Counted from the first letter of the stretch, positions 27,128-37,290 are shown. The stretch is DNA of 37,955 bases from Clostridia bacterium (GCA_037133315.1 JBAXOJ010000003.1:1-37955), one strand, 5' to 3'. A program made the numbers and translations. Notes: a model not told the origin generated them from the letters alone.

Positions 27128-27165
27128 TCAAGTTAGTCCGAGAACTTTCCCATCGCGCACAAGCA

Positions 27166-28317
27166 TTATGATTTGCGATACCGCCCATTCCTCTTTAATG
27201 CCATGATTTCTTCAATAATTTGATTGACCGCACCTGGCTTTGCAAGCACGAATGCCTGTTTGCTCATGCGCGCCAAGATTGCTGGGGTCCCAAGCAGGTC
27301 GTTGATTGTTTCTGAAAGGACAGCGGCGCTCAGGTTGCTTTCTAATACCAGAAAAGCAGCGCCTTGTTTTTGAAAGGTAAGGGCATTTTTCTCCTGGTGG
27401 TTCGCCGTGACGTTTGGCGACGGAATCAAGATGGAAGGAAGCCCCATGACCGCTAACTCAGAGAGCGTAATCGCACCTGCGCGGCAAATGATTAAATCCG
27501 CGGCGGCATAGACTTCCGCGACGTTATGGATAAAGCTTCGAATTTCGACACCAACTGGCACGGGACTTGCCGCAAACTGCCCAAGCACGGCCTCGTAGCG
27601 CCCTTCGCCGGTCGCAAACAAGAGTCGATAACCCTTGACTTGATTGCTAAATTGACCCACCTGGATGGGCGATTGGTAAAAATTCTGGATGAGCGAAACC
27701 ATGGTTTCGTTGATTTTTTCCGCGCCCAAACTTCCGCCCATGACGACCACCAAGCGGTCACCGACGGTGAGATTCATTTTTTCGCGACATTCTTTGCGGT
27801 TCACCGTCAACAGTTCTTCCCGCACTGGGTTCCCTGTGAGCGAGACATACCGGGCTGATTTGAAAAACTGCCGCGATTCCTCGAACGAAATACAGACCGT
27901 GTCAACAAAGCGTGCGAGCAGTTTGTTTGTCACACCAGGCACTGCATTTTGCTCGTGAATCAAGGTTGGAATTTTCATGCGAGACGCGCAAAACAACACT
28001 GGGCCACACACATATCCGCCCATGCCGATGACAATATCGGGCTGAAAACGTTTTATGATTGCCTTCGCGTCCGCATAGCCCTCAAACATTTTTTGAAACG
28101 AAGAAAAGAACTCCAACCCAATTTTGCGCTGGAATCCGCTGACGCGAATAAATTCAATTTGAAATCCTTCTTGCGGGATGATACGTGATTCCATCCCTTT
28201 TTCCGTGCCGATAAATAATATTTCTACGCCATCTTGTTTTTTGACTAATCTCTTCGCCAAAGCAATCCCGGGATAAATATGACCCGCCGTCCCGCCGCCT
28301 GCGATGATGATCCGCAT
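27166..28317 (-). CDS. murG: MurG glycosyltransferase
   Basis: GGGTAGHIYP, GMGGYV, HEQNA, TGNPVR, GGSLGA, CRAGA, HQEKNA. Confidence 0.97.
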   Translation of the reverse strand: MRIIIAGGGTAGHIYPGIALAKRLVKKQDGVEILFIGTEKGMESRIIPQEGFQIEFIRVSGFQRKIGLEFFSSFQKMFEGYADAKAIIKRFQPDIVIGMGGYVCGPVLFCASRMKIPTLIHEQNAVPGVTNKLLARFVDTVCISFEESRQFFKSARYVSLTGNPVREELLTVNRKECREKMNLTVGDRLVVVMGGSLGAEKINETMVSLIQNFYQSPIQVGQFSNQVKGYRLLFATGEGRYEAVLGQFAASPVPVGVEIRSFIHNVAEVYAAADLIICRAGAITLSELAVMGLPSILIPSPNVTANHQEKNALTFQKQGAAFLVLESNLSAAVLSETINDLLGTPAILARMSKQAFVLAKPGAVNQIIEEIMALKRNGRYRKS

Positions 28318-28336
28318 ACATCTCAACTCCTAGAAC

Positions 28337-29503
28337 TTATTCTTTTTCCGCCTGCGTCACTATTTTATCACTATTTCGGGAAATATTCAGTAAAATCCCC
28401 ATGGAATACATCAAAAAAATCAGAGATGTTCCGCCATAACTAAAGAACGGCAGAGAAACGCCTGTGACAGGCATTAAAGAGGTTACGACCAAGATGTTCA
28501 TGATAATTTGAGTTGCTAGAATTGTGGTTATACCGATTGCGAGGTAGGATGAAAATTTGTCAGGCGCATGGGCTGCGATGGAAAATCCACGAAAGATCAG
28601 ATATCCAAATAACATGATGACAATCAGCGCGCCGATAAATCCGGTTTCCTCCACAAGAATCGCGAAGATGAAGTCGTTTTGGGGTTCTGGCAGGAGGAAT
28701 TTTTGGGCACTTTGACCCAGCCCTTTTCCAAACCAGCCGCCTGAGCCAATTGCCATGAGAGAATTGACAATCTGCCAGTTCTGCCCTTGGATGTTTTCGG
28801 GGTTAAAGGGGTCTAGGAAAGCGAACACGCGCGCTTTCCGAAACGATTCCATGGCAATGAGTAGCACTCCCATGCCAATCCCACCAGCCAAAATAGTAAA
28901 GAAATATTTCAGCTTTGTGCCTGCAATCAATAGCAAAACAACGACGGGAAGCACAATAATTACGGTTGCACTCAGATGGTGTTGCAGCTGCAAGATAACA
29001 GCCACAGCCACTATTACGATTGCATAAAAAATATAATTTCGAATGCGGTCTAATTTTAGATTCATTTTTGAAAGTTTGTATGAGATTAATATGACCATCG
29101 CAATTTTCATGAACTCAGATGACTGGATTGTCACAGAGCCAAAAAACAGCCACCTCCTGGCACCGTTGACTTCATGTCCCAGCGGCGTAAATACTGCAAC
29201 TAGCAGCACAAGTCCAAATCCAAAAATAGGCCACGCAAATTTTCTATACACTTTATAATTCAAAAATATGGCGACAAGCATTCCGACTGAACCAATCCCA
29301 AGCATAATGAGTTGTTTTTTCAAATAGGACAACGAATCTCCAGACTCACTGTATGCCGTTGGTGCACTTGCATTAAACACCATATAGGTACCTATGATGA
29401 GCAGGACGGCTACTACTATGAAAAGTTGTACATCAAATTGTCCGCGTTTCACACCCTGCCTCCTCTCGAAAACTCTCGAAACCGCAGAAAGCATGCATTC
29501 CAA
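28337..29503 (-). CDS. ftsW: FtsW/SpoVE SEDS peptidoglycan polymerase
   Basis: NGARRW, QSSEFMK, AIGSGG..GKG, LPEPQNDFIFA, PVTGVSLPFFSYGGTS. Confidence 0.93.
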   Translation of the reverse strand: MECMLSAVSRVFERRQGVKRGQFDVQLFIVVAVLLIIGTYMVFNASAPTAYSESGDSLSYLKKQLIMLGIGSVGMLVAIFLNYKVYRKFAWPIFGFGLVLLVAVFTPLGHEVNGARRWLFFGSVTIQSSEFMKIAMVILISYKLSKMNLKLDRIRNYIFYAIVIVAVAVILQLQHHLSATVIIVLPVVVLLLIAGTKLKYFFTILAGGIGMGVLLIAMESFRKARVFAFLDPFNPENIQGQNWQIVNSLMAIGSGGWFGKGLGQSAQKFLLPEPQNDFIFAILVEETGFIGALIVIMLFGYLIFRGFSIAAHAPDKFSSYLAIGITTILATQIIMNILVVTSLMPVTGVSLPFFSYGGTSLIFLMYSMGILLNISRNSDKIVTQAEKE

Positions 29504-29543
29504 AGTTTCTCAATTTCTCGACTCCTTCTACTATCGTTCTATT

Positions 29544-30500
29544 TTACAAAGTAACGATTACAGCGCCGATGACACATGTAACCAGGCACACTGCCCAAAA
29601 GACCGCAACCACGGTTGTTTCTTTCCACCCCATCAGTTCAAAATGATGGTGAATGGGCGCCATTTTGAAGAAGCGCTTGCCCGTCGTCTTGAAATAAAAC
29701 ACCTGGATCGCGACAGAAAGTCCCTCAATGACAAAGACCGCGCCTACGACAAAAATCAGCAAAGGACTCTTCATCATCAGCAGCAAAGCTGCCAACGCAC
29801 CCCCGAGCGCAAGCGAGCCTGTGTCCCCCATAAAAACTTTGGCGGGGTGTCGATTATACAGCAAAAAACCCATGCAACCGCCTGCAAGGAGCGCTGCATA
29901 CTGCCCATATCCGTTCCACGCGAGTGGGACTAAGCTTGCCATAAAAACTAAAAACAGCATGACAAGGATCATCAATCCCGCAAGAAGCCCGTCGAGCCCA
30001 TCTGCAAAATTCACAGCATTGGTCGTGCCAAAAAAATAAACGAGAACAAAAATGACGTAAAAGATCTGACTATTGACAACGCCGATTACCGGAAGCCAAA
30101 TGTCGAACCCCAGATTCGTGAAGAATAACGTGTAAAAAGAAAATGCCAAAGAAAATAGCACAATCATGATTGATTTCTGTTTGATACTGAGACCGTTCTT
30201 ATGTTTGCGCACGACCTTTAGATAGTCATCAAGAAAGCCAATCAGTCCGAAGAAAAAAGTGGATACGACAACCGGGATGAGGCTTGGTTGGAAAAAGGAT
30301 AACACCGCTCCGCCAAGCAACACAGGAATCAGAAAAATCAGCCCACCCATGGTCGGCGTTCCCGACTTGACAAAATGCGTCTTCGGCCCGTCATCTCGGA
30401 CTGTTTGTCCTACTTTCAACCGTTTCAAAAATGGAATCAGCAGTGGTCCGAGCAGTGCACTCAATGCAAATCCGGCGACAAGCATGATGAGCATATCCAT
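29544..30500 (-). CDS. mraY: Phospho-MurNAc-pentapeptide transferase
   Basis: KSGTPTMGG, DDYLK, NAVNFADGLDGL, FMGDTGS, MAPIHHHFE. Confidence 0.97.
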   Translation of the reverse strand: MDMLIMLVAGFALSALLGPLLIPFLKRLKVGQTVRDDGPKTHFVKSGTPTMGGLIFLIPVLLGGAVLSFFQPSLIPVVVSTFFFGLIGFLDDYLKVVRKHKNGLSIKQKSIMIVLFSLAFSFYTLFFTNLGFDIWLPVIGVVNSQIFYVIFVLVYFFGTTNAVNFADGLDGLLAGLMILVMLFLVFMASLVPLAWNGYGQYAALLAGGCMGFLLYNRHPAKVFMGDTGSLALGGALAALLLMMKSPLLIFVVGAVFVIEGLSVAIQVFYFKTTGKRFFKMAPIHHHFELMGWKETTVVAVFWAVCLVTCVIGAVIVTL

Positions 30501-30501
30501 G

Positions 30502-31905
30502 TCATTGACCCCCTTTCTGCTGGGTCAAAAACTGAAAGATTTGCTCCATTTTCGCTCCACGAGATCCCTTGATTAAGACCGCATCCCCAGGTCTGAGCGT
30601 TTGCGCCAAAAACTCTTGCGCCTCCGTGTGGTGCGTGAAGCACCTGATGTTTGCGGGAGCAAAACCCGCCTCTAGCGCCCCTGAAACGGTATAATTCCCA
30701 AAGTCCCCGACGGTGACCAAAAAGTCGATTTCACTTTGCACAGCAGATGCCCCAACCTCGCGATGCGCTTGCTCGGTCCAGTCACCAAGCTCAAGAATAT
30801 TGCCAAGCACAGCGAATTTCCTGCCGGAAACATTGAGTTCATGCAACACATTGAAGGCCGCCTTCATAGATGACGGGCTCGCATTATAACAATCATTGAT
30901 TATTTTTACCCCATTCGCATCACAAATAAACATCCGCATTGCGTCATCCGATGTAAAATCGTGCAGCGCCTCAATCATATCCCCGACTGGGATGCCAAGG
31001 ACGGAGCCGGTTGCGATTGCCGCAAGTGCGTTGTAGACGTTGTGTGCGCCGGGTACTTTGAGCGTGACGTCATATAGTTCGCCATGCATCGACAAAGTAA
31101 ACACACAGCCCTCTTCGCCCTTGCCAAAGACCCCTTCTGCACGGATGTCGGCGCCTTCTTCTGTCCCAAAGGTCACAACCCGTCGCCCGACAAAATCTTT
31201 CACCCCAGCGAGCATCGCGTCGTCGCTATTGATGATCAGGACACCCTCTGGGCCCATGCCATCCATGATTTCGAGTTTTGCTTTTAAAATATTTTGCTTT
31301 GAACCTAGATTTTCAATGTGCGAGATGCCGACGTTCGTGATTACCGCGACATCTGGGGCCGCGATGTTGGATAGCCAACTGATTTCGCCGAGGTGATTCA
31401 TCCCCATTTCGAGGACCATCGCATTGTATTCGGATTCCATGCGAAACACAGACAGCGGAAGTCCGACCGCATTATTGAAGTTGCCTATGTTCTTAAGAGT
31501 CGAAAACTTTTTATTCATCACAGCATGGATCATGTCTTTGGTGCTGGTTTTTCCTACGCTGCCGGTGATTGCAACGACAGGCACGTCAAACGTATGCCGG
31601 TACCACTTTGCCATTTCGCCAAACGCGCACAGGGTGTCTTCCACGAGGATAATGACCTTATCCGGCATGTTGAGCTCTTCAGCGGCCGCAGCATTGGAAA
31701 TCAAGGCACCCGCAGCCCCTGCCCCGAGTGCATCCTTTAAAAAGTTGTGTGCATCGAAATTGTCACCAATTATGGGCACAAAAAGAGAATCCTTTTCAAT
31801 TTTTCTGGAATCAGTCCCGATATTGGAAAAGACGGTTTGGATGTCCCCCGCTATGCATGTGCCGCCTGTGGCAAACAAAATGTCTGCGCCTGTAAAGTCC
31901 CTCAT
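30502..31905 (-). CDS. murF: MurF ligase
   Basis: TDSR, ITGSVGKTSTK, NFNN, EMGMNH.GEI, NDCYNASP, KGSRG. Confidence 0.96.
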   Translation of the reverse strand: MRDFTGADILFATGGTCIAGDIQTVFSNIGTDSRKIEKDSLFVPIIGDNFDAHNFLKDALGAGAAGALISNAAAAEELNMPDKVIILVEDTLCAFGEMAKWYRHTFDVPVVAITGSVGKTSTKDMIHAVMNKKFSTLKNIGNFNNAVGLPLSVFRMESEYNAMVLEMGMNHLGEISWLSNIAAPDVAVITNVGISHIENLGSKQNILKAKLEIMDGMGPEGVLIINSDDAMLAGVKDFVGRRVVTFGTEEGADIRAEGVFGKGEEGCVFTLSMHGELYDVTLKVPGAHNVYNALAAIATGSVLGIPVGDMIEALHDFTSDDAMRMFICDANGVKIINDCYNASPSSMKAAFNVLHELNVSGRKFAVLGNILELGDWTEQAHREVGASAVQSEIDFLVTVGDFGNYTVSGALEAGFAPANIRCFTHHTEAQEFLAQTLRPGDAVLIKGSRGAKMEQIFQFLTQQKGGQ

Positions 31906-33362
31906 TCTTTCACCTTTAATTCTGCTAAAATTTCCGCTACAATTTCCCGCTCATCGAAATGAATGGTGGTGTCTTTAAAAATTTGATAGGTCTCGTGCCC
32001 TTTTCCAGCAAATATAATGATGTCATCTTGCTGCGCAGTTGCGATGGCATGGCGCATGGCTTCCGGCCGATTTGTGATTTTGATATAACTGCCGTCCGTC
32101 TTCTGCATGCCCACTTCGATGTCCGCAATGATCGCTTCTGGCTCTTCATTACGCGGATTATCGGATGTGATAATGGTAAAGTCGGCGTACTTGCCCGATA
32201 CCTCTCCCATTTCAAACCGTCTTGCCCGATCGCGATTGCCCCCGCATCCAAAGACGCTGACAATTCTGCCTGGCGCGTATTCTCTCACTGCTTTTAAGAG
32301 ACTCTCTAAACTCATCGCATTGTGCGCATAGTCAATCATGACGGTAAATTTCTTATTTGAAAACACAATTTCTGTGCGTCCTTTGACTTTAAAGTGCGCG
32401 AGCCCCGCAAGAATGGATTCTTTGCTCACACCTAACAGTGCACAAACGCCGATTGCCGCGAGTGCATTGCTCACATTAAATGCACCAGGGACAGATAGCA
32501 TCACATGGTCGCTCCACCACGGCGTAATGACATCAAATGAAATGGCATCCGGCTTTGCAATGATGTTTTGAGCAAAAATATCTGCCTTGTTTTCAATTCC
32601 ATAGGTTAAAAATCCAGTTGGCGCGACGGCCTTGACACGTTGCACGTCGTGCATGTCTGCGTTAATTAAAAACTGCTTGCACATAGGCGGAAATTTGAGC
32701 TTTTGCATCAAATAATCTTCAAAATCAGTGTGTTCATTTGGTCCGATATGGTCACTTTCGATGTTGGTAAAGACGCCAATTTCAAACGAACAGCATGCCA
32801 CGCGATCGAGCATCAATCCCTGTGAGGACACCTCCATCACAGCTACATCTGTATGTTTCTCCAACATTTCGCAAAACAACGCCTGCAGGTCATAGGCCTC
32901 TGGCGTAGTTCTTTCTGTATATAAAATTTGCTGGCCAATCATGTTTGCAATGGTGCCAATCAATCCAACTTTCTTTCCTTCTACCTCAAGAATTTGCTTC
33001 ATCATATAGGTCGTCGTGGTCTTTCCCTTCGTTCCTGTAACGCCAACCACCGGAAATCGACCAGTCGGATGCGAAAAGAATTTGTCAGCAACAAACGCGA
33101 GTCCTGTTCTTGTGTTTTCAACAAGAACTTCGGTACACCCAGCGGGAATGCCAACTTCGTGACTTGTCAAAAATGCCACAGCCCCATTTTCATAGGCCTG
33201 CATCACATACTGATGCCCGTCCACGGTGGTTCCATCAATACACACAAAGAGTGCATTCTTTTTGACTTTTCGTGAATCATACGCGATATCTGAAATATCA
33301 ATATCCAAATTCCCGTTTACCGTTTTTATTTCCAAACCATCAATGATTTGACGCAACAACAT
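31902..33362 (-). CDS. murE: MurE ligase (meso-DAP type)
   Basis: GVTGTKGKTTT, MEVSS, DYAHN, FGCGGNRD, DNPR, AGKGHE. Confidence 0.96.
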   Translation of the reverse strand: MLLRQIIDGLEIKTVNGNLDIDISDIAYDSRKVKKNALFVCIDGTTVDGHQYVMQAYENGAVAFLTSHEVGIPAGCTEVLVENTRTGLAFVADKFFSHPTGRFPVVGVTGTKGKTTTTYMMKQILEVEGKKVGLIGTIANMIGQQILYTERTTPEAYDLQALFCEMLEKHTDVAVMEVSSQGLMLDRVACCSFEIGVFTNIESDHIGPNEHTDFEDYLMQKLKFPPMCKQFLINADMHDVQRVKAVAPTGFLTYGIENKADIFAQNIIAKPDAISFDVITPWWSDHVMLSVPGAFNVSNALAAIGVCALLGVSKESILAGLAHFKVKGRTEIVFSNKKFTVMIDYAHNAMSLESLLKAVREYAPGRIVSVFGCGGNRDRARRFEMGEVSGKYADFTIITSDNPRNEEPEAIIADIEVGMQKTDGSYIKITNRPEAMRHAIATAQQDDIIIFAGKGHETYQIFKDTTIHFDEREIVAEILAELKVKE

Positions 33363-33374
33363 GATTTGATCACC

Positions 33375-35198
33375 CTATTTCACCGCATATTTTCGTGCCA
33401 CTTTTAAGTATGCTAACGTTTCTTCAAAAATTTTCCCAGCAACAGGTGCAGCGATGGTTCCACCCATATGGCTTTTCCCTTTGGGATTATCTAAAATAAC
33501 GAGAACGCAGATTCTTGGGTTGTCCGCCGGAGCAAACCCTGAGAATGACGCAATATAGCGATTTTTGTCCGTCGTCTGAGAGGTGCCTGTCTTGCCCGCA
33601 ATCTGATATCCATCAACAATGGCTTTCGAGCCCGTACCTTCTTCCACAACGCCGGTCAAAATATCTCTTAACGTATCCGAAGTTTTCTGCGAAATGACGC
33701 GACGCACCATCATCGATTCAATGTCTTTAATGACGTTTCCTTTGTTATCCGAAATCTCTGTCACGAGTCTCGGTTCATAAAGCGTTCCGCCGTTGGCGAT
33801 TGCGCCATACGCCATAATCATTTGAATCGGTGTCACCGTAAAACGTTGGCCAAAGGCCGCTACGGACATGTCTAGCACGGTGGGATCGGGTTGCGTAATT
33901 CCCTTGTTTTCGCCAGGTAGTGTGATGCCAGTCGCCTCCAAAAAGCCGAAAGATTTCATATATGCATAGAATTTCGTGACGCCCAACTTCTGTGAAAGCA
34001 ATGAGAATACTGGGTTACACGAGTTATAGACGGCTTGCTCAAAGGTCTCCCAACCATGAATTCCGCCCGACGTCTTGCGCCAGCAGTTGATGAAATATCG
34101 ACCCATTTGAATGGTTGCGTCGGTCACCTGCGTCGTCGGTGTGACAATGCCCTCTTCGAGCCCTGCACTAGCGGTAATCGCCTTGAACGTGGAGCCTGGC
34201 TCATATGAGTCGGATACGGAGCGATTCCTCCATACCGTTTCATTGAGAATTTCAACTGGGCCTTTCGTTCGGCCACTGCCCCATTTCTCGATATTCAATC
34301 CAGCGATTTTTGGTGCAGCATACGGTGCATTTGGATTATAATCGGGCTTTGAAACAAGTGCAAGAATGTCACCAGTCCGCGGGTCGGTCACAATTGCAAC
34401 CGCACCGTTTTTTACCTTATTGTCTTTGATTGCTTTGTCGAGTGCCTTTTCAGCGAAATATTGAATGGTTTCATCAATCGTCAAATGCACATTAAACCCA
34501 TCTGTGGAATCAATTCGTTTCTCTCCACCACCTGCTAATGATGCGCCACCACCGACCGATCCTGCGCCAATTTTCCCAGACTTGCCTTCTAAGTAGTCAT
34601 TATAAGTTTTTTCAATCCCATATAATCCTGTATTATCCGTTCCCAAAAACCCTAACACATGAGAGGCAAAATTCCCGTTTGGATAATACCGTTTGTAATC
34701 ATCGCTGTATACGATGCCGTCGACTTTGTTTTTCTCCGCCCAGGCTTCCAATGCTTTTTTATCTTTTTCCTCTACTTTTCTTTTCACGAGATAATACTGC
34801 GATTTGACATCGAGTTTCTCAAGAATGGGCTTCTGGTCCACTTTGAGAATTTTTGCTATCCCAGCTACGATCTTCTTTTGAGACAGCTGATTGCGTTCAA
34901 TAATAAATTTTGGATTGATGGTAATCATGTAAACTTTCGCACTGATGGCAAGGGGCTTCCCTGTGCTGTCAAATATGGTGCCTCTGCGTGGCGTGATTTC
35001 CTTGTTTCGGCTCTGCACTTCAAACGCACGGCGTGCGAGACCCTCTCCTTCGACGATGGTACGATACCCGACACCACCAATCAGACAAATAAAAAAAAGA
35101 CACGTCATGACAACGACTAATGTCAAACGTTTTTTTGACTGCTTTGAAATCTTTTTTCTCATTGAATATGCCACGCTGACCAACCTCTTTCTAACCAA
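33375..35198 (-). CDS. Class B penicillin-binding protein (FtsI/SpoVD family), no PASTA domains
   Basis: TM anchor, RGTIFD, RYYP, EPGSTFK (SxxK), SCN (SxN), KTGT. Start may lie slightly downstream. Confidence 0.92.
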   Translation of the reverse strand: MVRKRLVSVAYSMRKKISKQSKKRLTLVVVMTCLFFICLIGGVGYRTIVEGEGLARRAFEVQSRNKEITPRRGTIFDSTGKPLAISAKVYMITINPKFIIERNQLSQKKIVAGIAKILKVDQKPILEKLDVKSQYYLVKRKVEEKDKKALEAWAEKNKVDGIVYSDDYKRYYPNGNFASHVLGFLGTDNTGLYGIEKTYNDYLEGKSGKIGAGSVGGGASLAGGGEKRIDSTDGFNVHLTIDETIQYFAEKALDKAIKDNKVKNGAVAIVTDPRTGDILALVSKPDYNPNAPYAAPKIAGLNIEKWGSGRTKGPVEILNETVWRNRSVSDSYEPGSTFKAITASAGLEEGIVTPTTQVTDATIQMGRYFINCWRKTSGGIHGWETFEQAVYNSCNPVFSLLSQKLGVTKFYAYMKSFGFLEATGITLPGENKGITQPDPTVLDMSVAAFGQRFTVTPIQMIMAYGAIANGGTLYEPRLVTEISDNKGNVIKDIESMMVRRVISQKTSDTLRDILTGVVEEGTGSKAIVDGYQIAGKTGTSQTTDKNRYIASFSGFAPADNPRICVLVILDNPKGKSHMGGTIAAPVAGKIFEETLAYLKVARKYAVK

Positions 35199-35664
35199 AC
35201 ACTGCTTTCAGGGTATTGGCAAAAAAACTAAATATGCTGCTGTCGGGCGTACTTTCTGCGGCTGGCGTCGCGACAGATAAATCTTGTACTGGTACAGATA
35301 CTGGTACCTTTTGATTTGCTCCTGGCTTCTGCATGTCCAACTCATAGATTGCCTTGCTTTTGATATGATTTAGATCCAGATTTTTCTCTATAAATACTTT
35401 CATTTGGGTGTTCTTATCAACGAGCTCATAATACTGTTTCTTTTCGTCCGTAAGTTTGTAGTCAAGTTGCAACATGCTGTTATACCGATACATGACAATC
35501 CCAACGAGTAAAACAACCGCAATCACGGTAACAATCCAAGGCAAACTGATTTTTTTGGTTTGCTCTGGCGCCTCATTTTTTTGCACTTTCAAGTCAGGAC
35601 GACGAGATTCATATCCTCTTTTTGGGGCAACCGCGCCGCTGACGTATTTTGTTGTCTGATACAT
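35191..35664 (-). CDS. ftsL: FtsL-like cell division protein
   Basis: Single TM followed by a coiled coil and LDM..P; positioned between rsmH and the PBP gene. Confidence 0.75.
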   Translation of the reverse strand: MYQTTKYVSGAVAPKRGYESRRPDLKVQKNEAPEQTKKISLPWIVTVIAVVLLVGIVMYRYNSMLQLDYKLTDEKKQYYELVDKNTQMKVFIEKNLDLNHIKSKAIYELDMQKPGANQKVPVSVPVQDLSVATPAAESTPDSSIFSFFANTLKAVFG

Positions 35665-35698
35665 AGTTTCGCCCCCTCGTGCATTTCCTTGGTCTTGT

Positions 35699-35732
35699 GA
35701 TGATTAGCCGGATTCAACACCGGCCAATCATC
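35699..35732 (-). other. Strong mRNA hairpin upstream of ftsL (no U-tract)
   Basis: Minus strand GATGATTGGCCGG-N8-CCGGCTAATCATC: 13-bp stem with one G-U pair. Confidence 0.6.
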
Positions 35733-35743
35733 AACAAGTTTCA

Positions 35744-35830
35744 AGTTTCTTTGGTTTCTTTTCTTCTTTTCTCTTTTGTGTGTTTTACTCTTTTTTCCTT
35801 AGTGTGTTTTACTCTTTTTTCTTTCGTAGA
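35744..35830 (-). repeat. 24-bp purine-rich tandem repeat (reads TKEKRVKH on the minus strand)
   Basis: GTGTGTTTTACTCTTTTTTC at 35778 and 35802, with degenerate flanking copies. Confidence 0.8.
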
Positions 35831-35883
35831 TTTCAACTTCTTTATCGAACGTGCATTGTAACCTTCATCTTTTGAAAAAACTT

Positions 35884-36837
35884 TTATGAAAAATCTAACT
35901 TTTCAATCACTCGTAATTTTGCACTGCGGGCCCGCGGGTTACGATCCAGTTCTTCCGGTTGCGCCACGATTGGTTTTCTGACTGGCAGTCTACCGCTTGC
36001 TTGGAATCCACAAATACAGACTGGAAAATTCTTTGGACAACTGCATCCGTTGATAAATGCGGAAAACGTTTCTTTCACAATCCTGTCCTCGAGAGAATGA
36101 AATGTAATGATACACATTCGTCCTCCTGGTGCGAGAAGTGAAAATCCGTTTTTAATTGCCCTCTTTAACACCCCCAGTTCATCATTTACCTCAATCCTGA
36201 TTGCTTGAAACGTGCGCTTTGCAGGATGTGGTCCGTCTCTTCTGGCACCCGATGGCACCGCTTTCTTTATGATCGAAACCAGTTCCCCCGTCGTACGGAT
36301 GGGGCTGATTTTTCTCTCGTTGACAATGAATTCTACAATGCGTGCGGTCCACTTCTCTTCTCCAAAGTTGTATAGAATTCGTTCTAGCTCTTCTTTCGAA
36401 TACTGATTGATGACCATTTCGGCATCCAACTTGCTTGTGCGGTCCATCCGCATGTCGAGTCTTGCATCCTGCTGATAACTAAATCCTCGTTCTCCTTCAT
36501 CCAGTTGCCACGATGACACTCCGATGTCCATCAATATCCCGTCTACTTGGTTCACGCCGTGTGCTTCGCATGCTGTCTTGATGTGTTCAAAATTCGATTT
36601 TACTAGTTCGTACCGTGCCGGTAACGCCAATGCTTGCAATCTTTCTGCCGATACCTTCAGTGCGTCTTCGTCTTGATCTAATCCAATCAACAGTCCCTCT
36701 TTGCTTAGCCTTTTCAATATCTCACTGGCATGTCCTGCTCCGCCCAAGGTCCCATCTACGTACGTGCCGTCCCTTTTAATCTTTAACCATTCCATACAGG
36801 CTTCTAATAATACTGGTTGATGTTCAAACTGGATCAT
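35884..36837 (-). CDS. rsmH: 16S rRNA m4C1402 methyltransferase RsmH
   Basis: HQPVLL, DGTLGGAGH, DIGVSS.QLD..ERGFSY, FQAIRIEVN, TFHSLEDR, NPRARSAKLR. Confidence 0.98.
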   Translation of the reverse strand: MIQFEHQPVLLEACMEWLKIKRDGTYVDGTLGGAGHASEILKRLSKEGLLIGLDQDEDALKVSAERLQALALPARYELVKSNFEHIKTACEAHGVNQVDGILMDIGVSSWQLDEGERGFSYQQDARLDMRMDRTSKLDAEMVINQYSKEELERILYNFGEEKWTARIVEFIVNERKISPIRTTGELVSIIKKAVPSGARRDGPHPAKRTFQAIRIEVNDELGVLKRAIKNGFSLLAPGGRMCIITFHSLEDRIVKETFSAFINGCSCPKNFPVCICGFQASGRLPVRKPIVAQPEELDRNPRARSAKLRVIEKLDFS

Positions 36838-36852
36838 TTGCTTCTCAGCTCC

Positions 36853-37290
36853 TTAAATGCCTAGCGAAGCCATTTTTTTGGTTAAATCCTTTGGCACAGA
36901 ATTGTTTTGATTGTGCTTGTTCTTGTTCAACCAATTCTCTTTCGACCAAATCTCCACTCTCGATAGTACGCCAAAGAGGTAGGTTTCTTTTGTCAGTCCT
37001 GCATACTCTCTCAAATAGCCTGGAAGTGATATTCTGCCTTGTTTGTCAAATTCACATTCAGCTGCGCCAGAGAAGAAAAACCTTACAAAATCTCTCACAT
37101 CATCATCGGTCAAAGGCAACTCTTTCATTTTTCCTTCGAGTCTGCCCCACTCTTCTAAATTGAAAACATACAAGCAGTTGTCTAACCCTTTGGTTATCAT
37201 GAATTTTTCTTTCAATCCTTCTCTCAGCTTCGCAGGAACGATGACGCGCCCTTTCGGGTCTAAATTATGTTGAAATTCACCATAAAACAT
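36853..37290 (-). CDS. mraZ: Transcriptional regulator MraZ
   Basis: MFYGE...DPKGR...DKQGRI...EIW. Confidence 0.97.
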   Translation of the reverse strand: MFYGEFQHNLDPKGRVIVPAKLREGLKEKFMITKGLDNCLYVFNLEEWGRLEGKMKELPLTDDDVRDFVRFFFSGAAECEFDKQGRISLPGYLREYAGLTKETYLFGVLSRVEIWSKENWLNKNKHNQNNSVPKDLTKKMASLGI

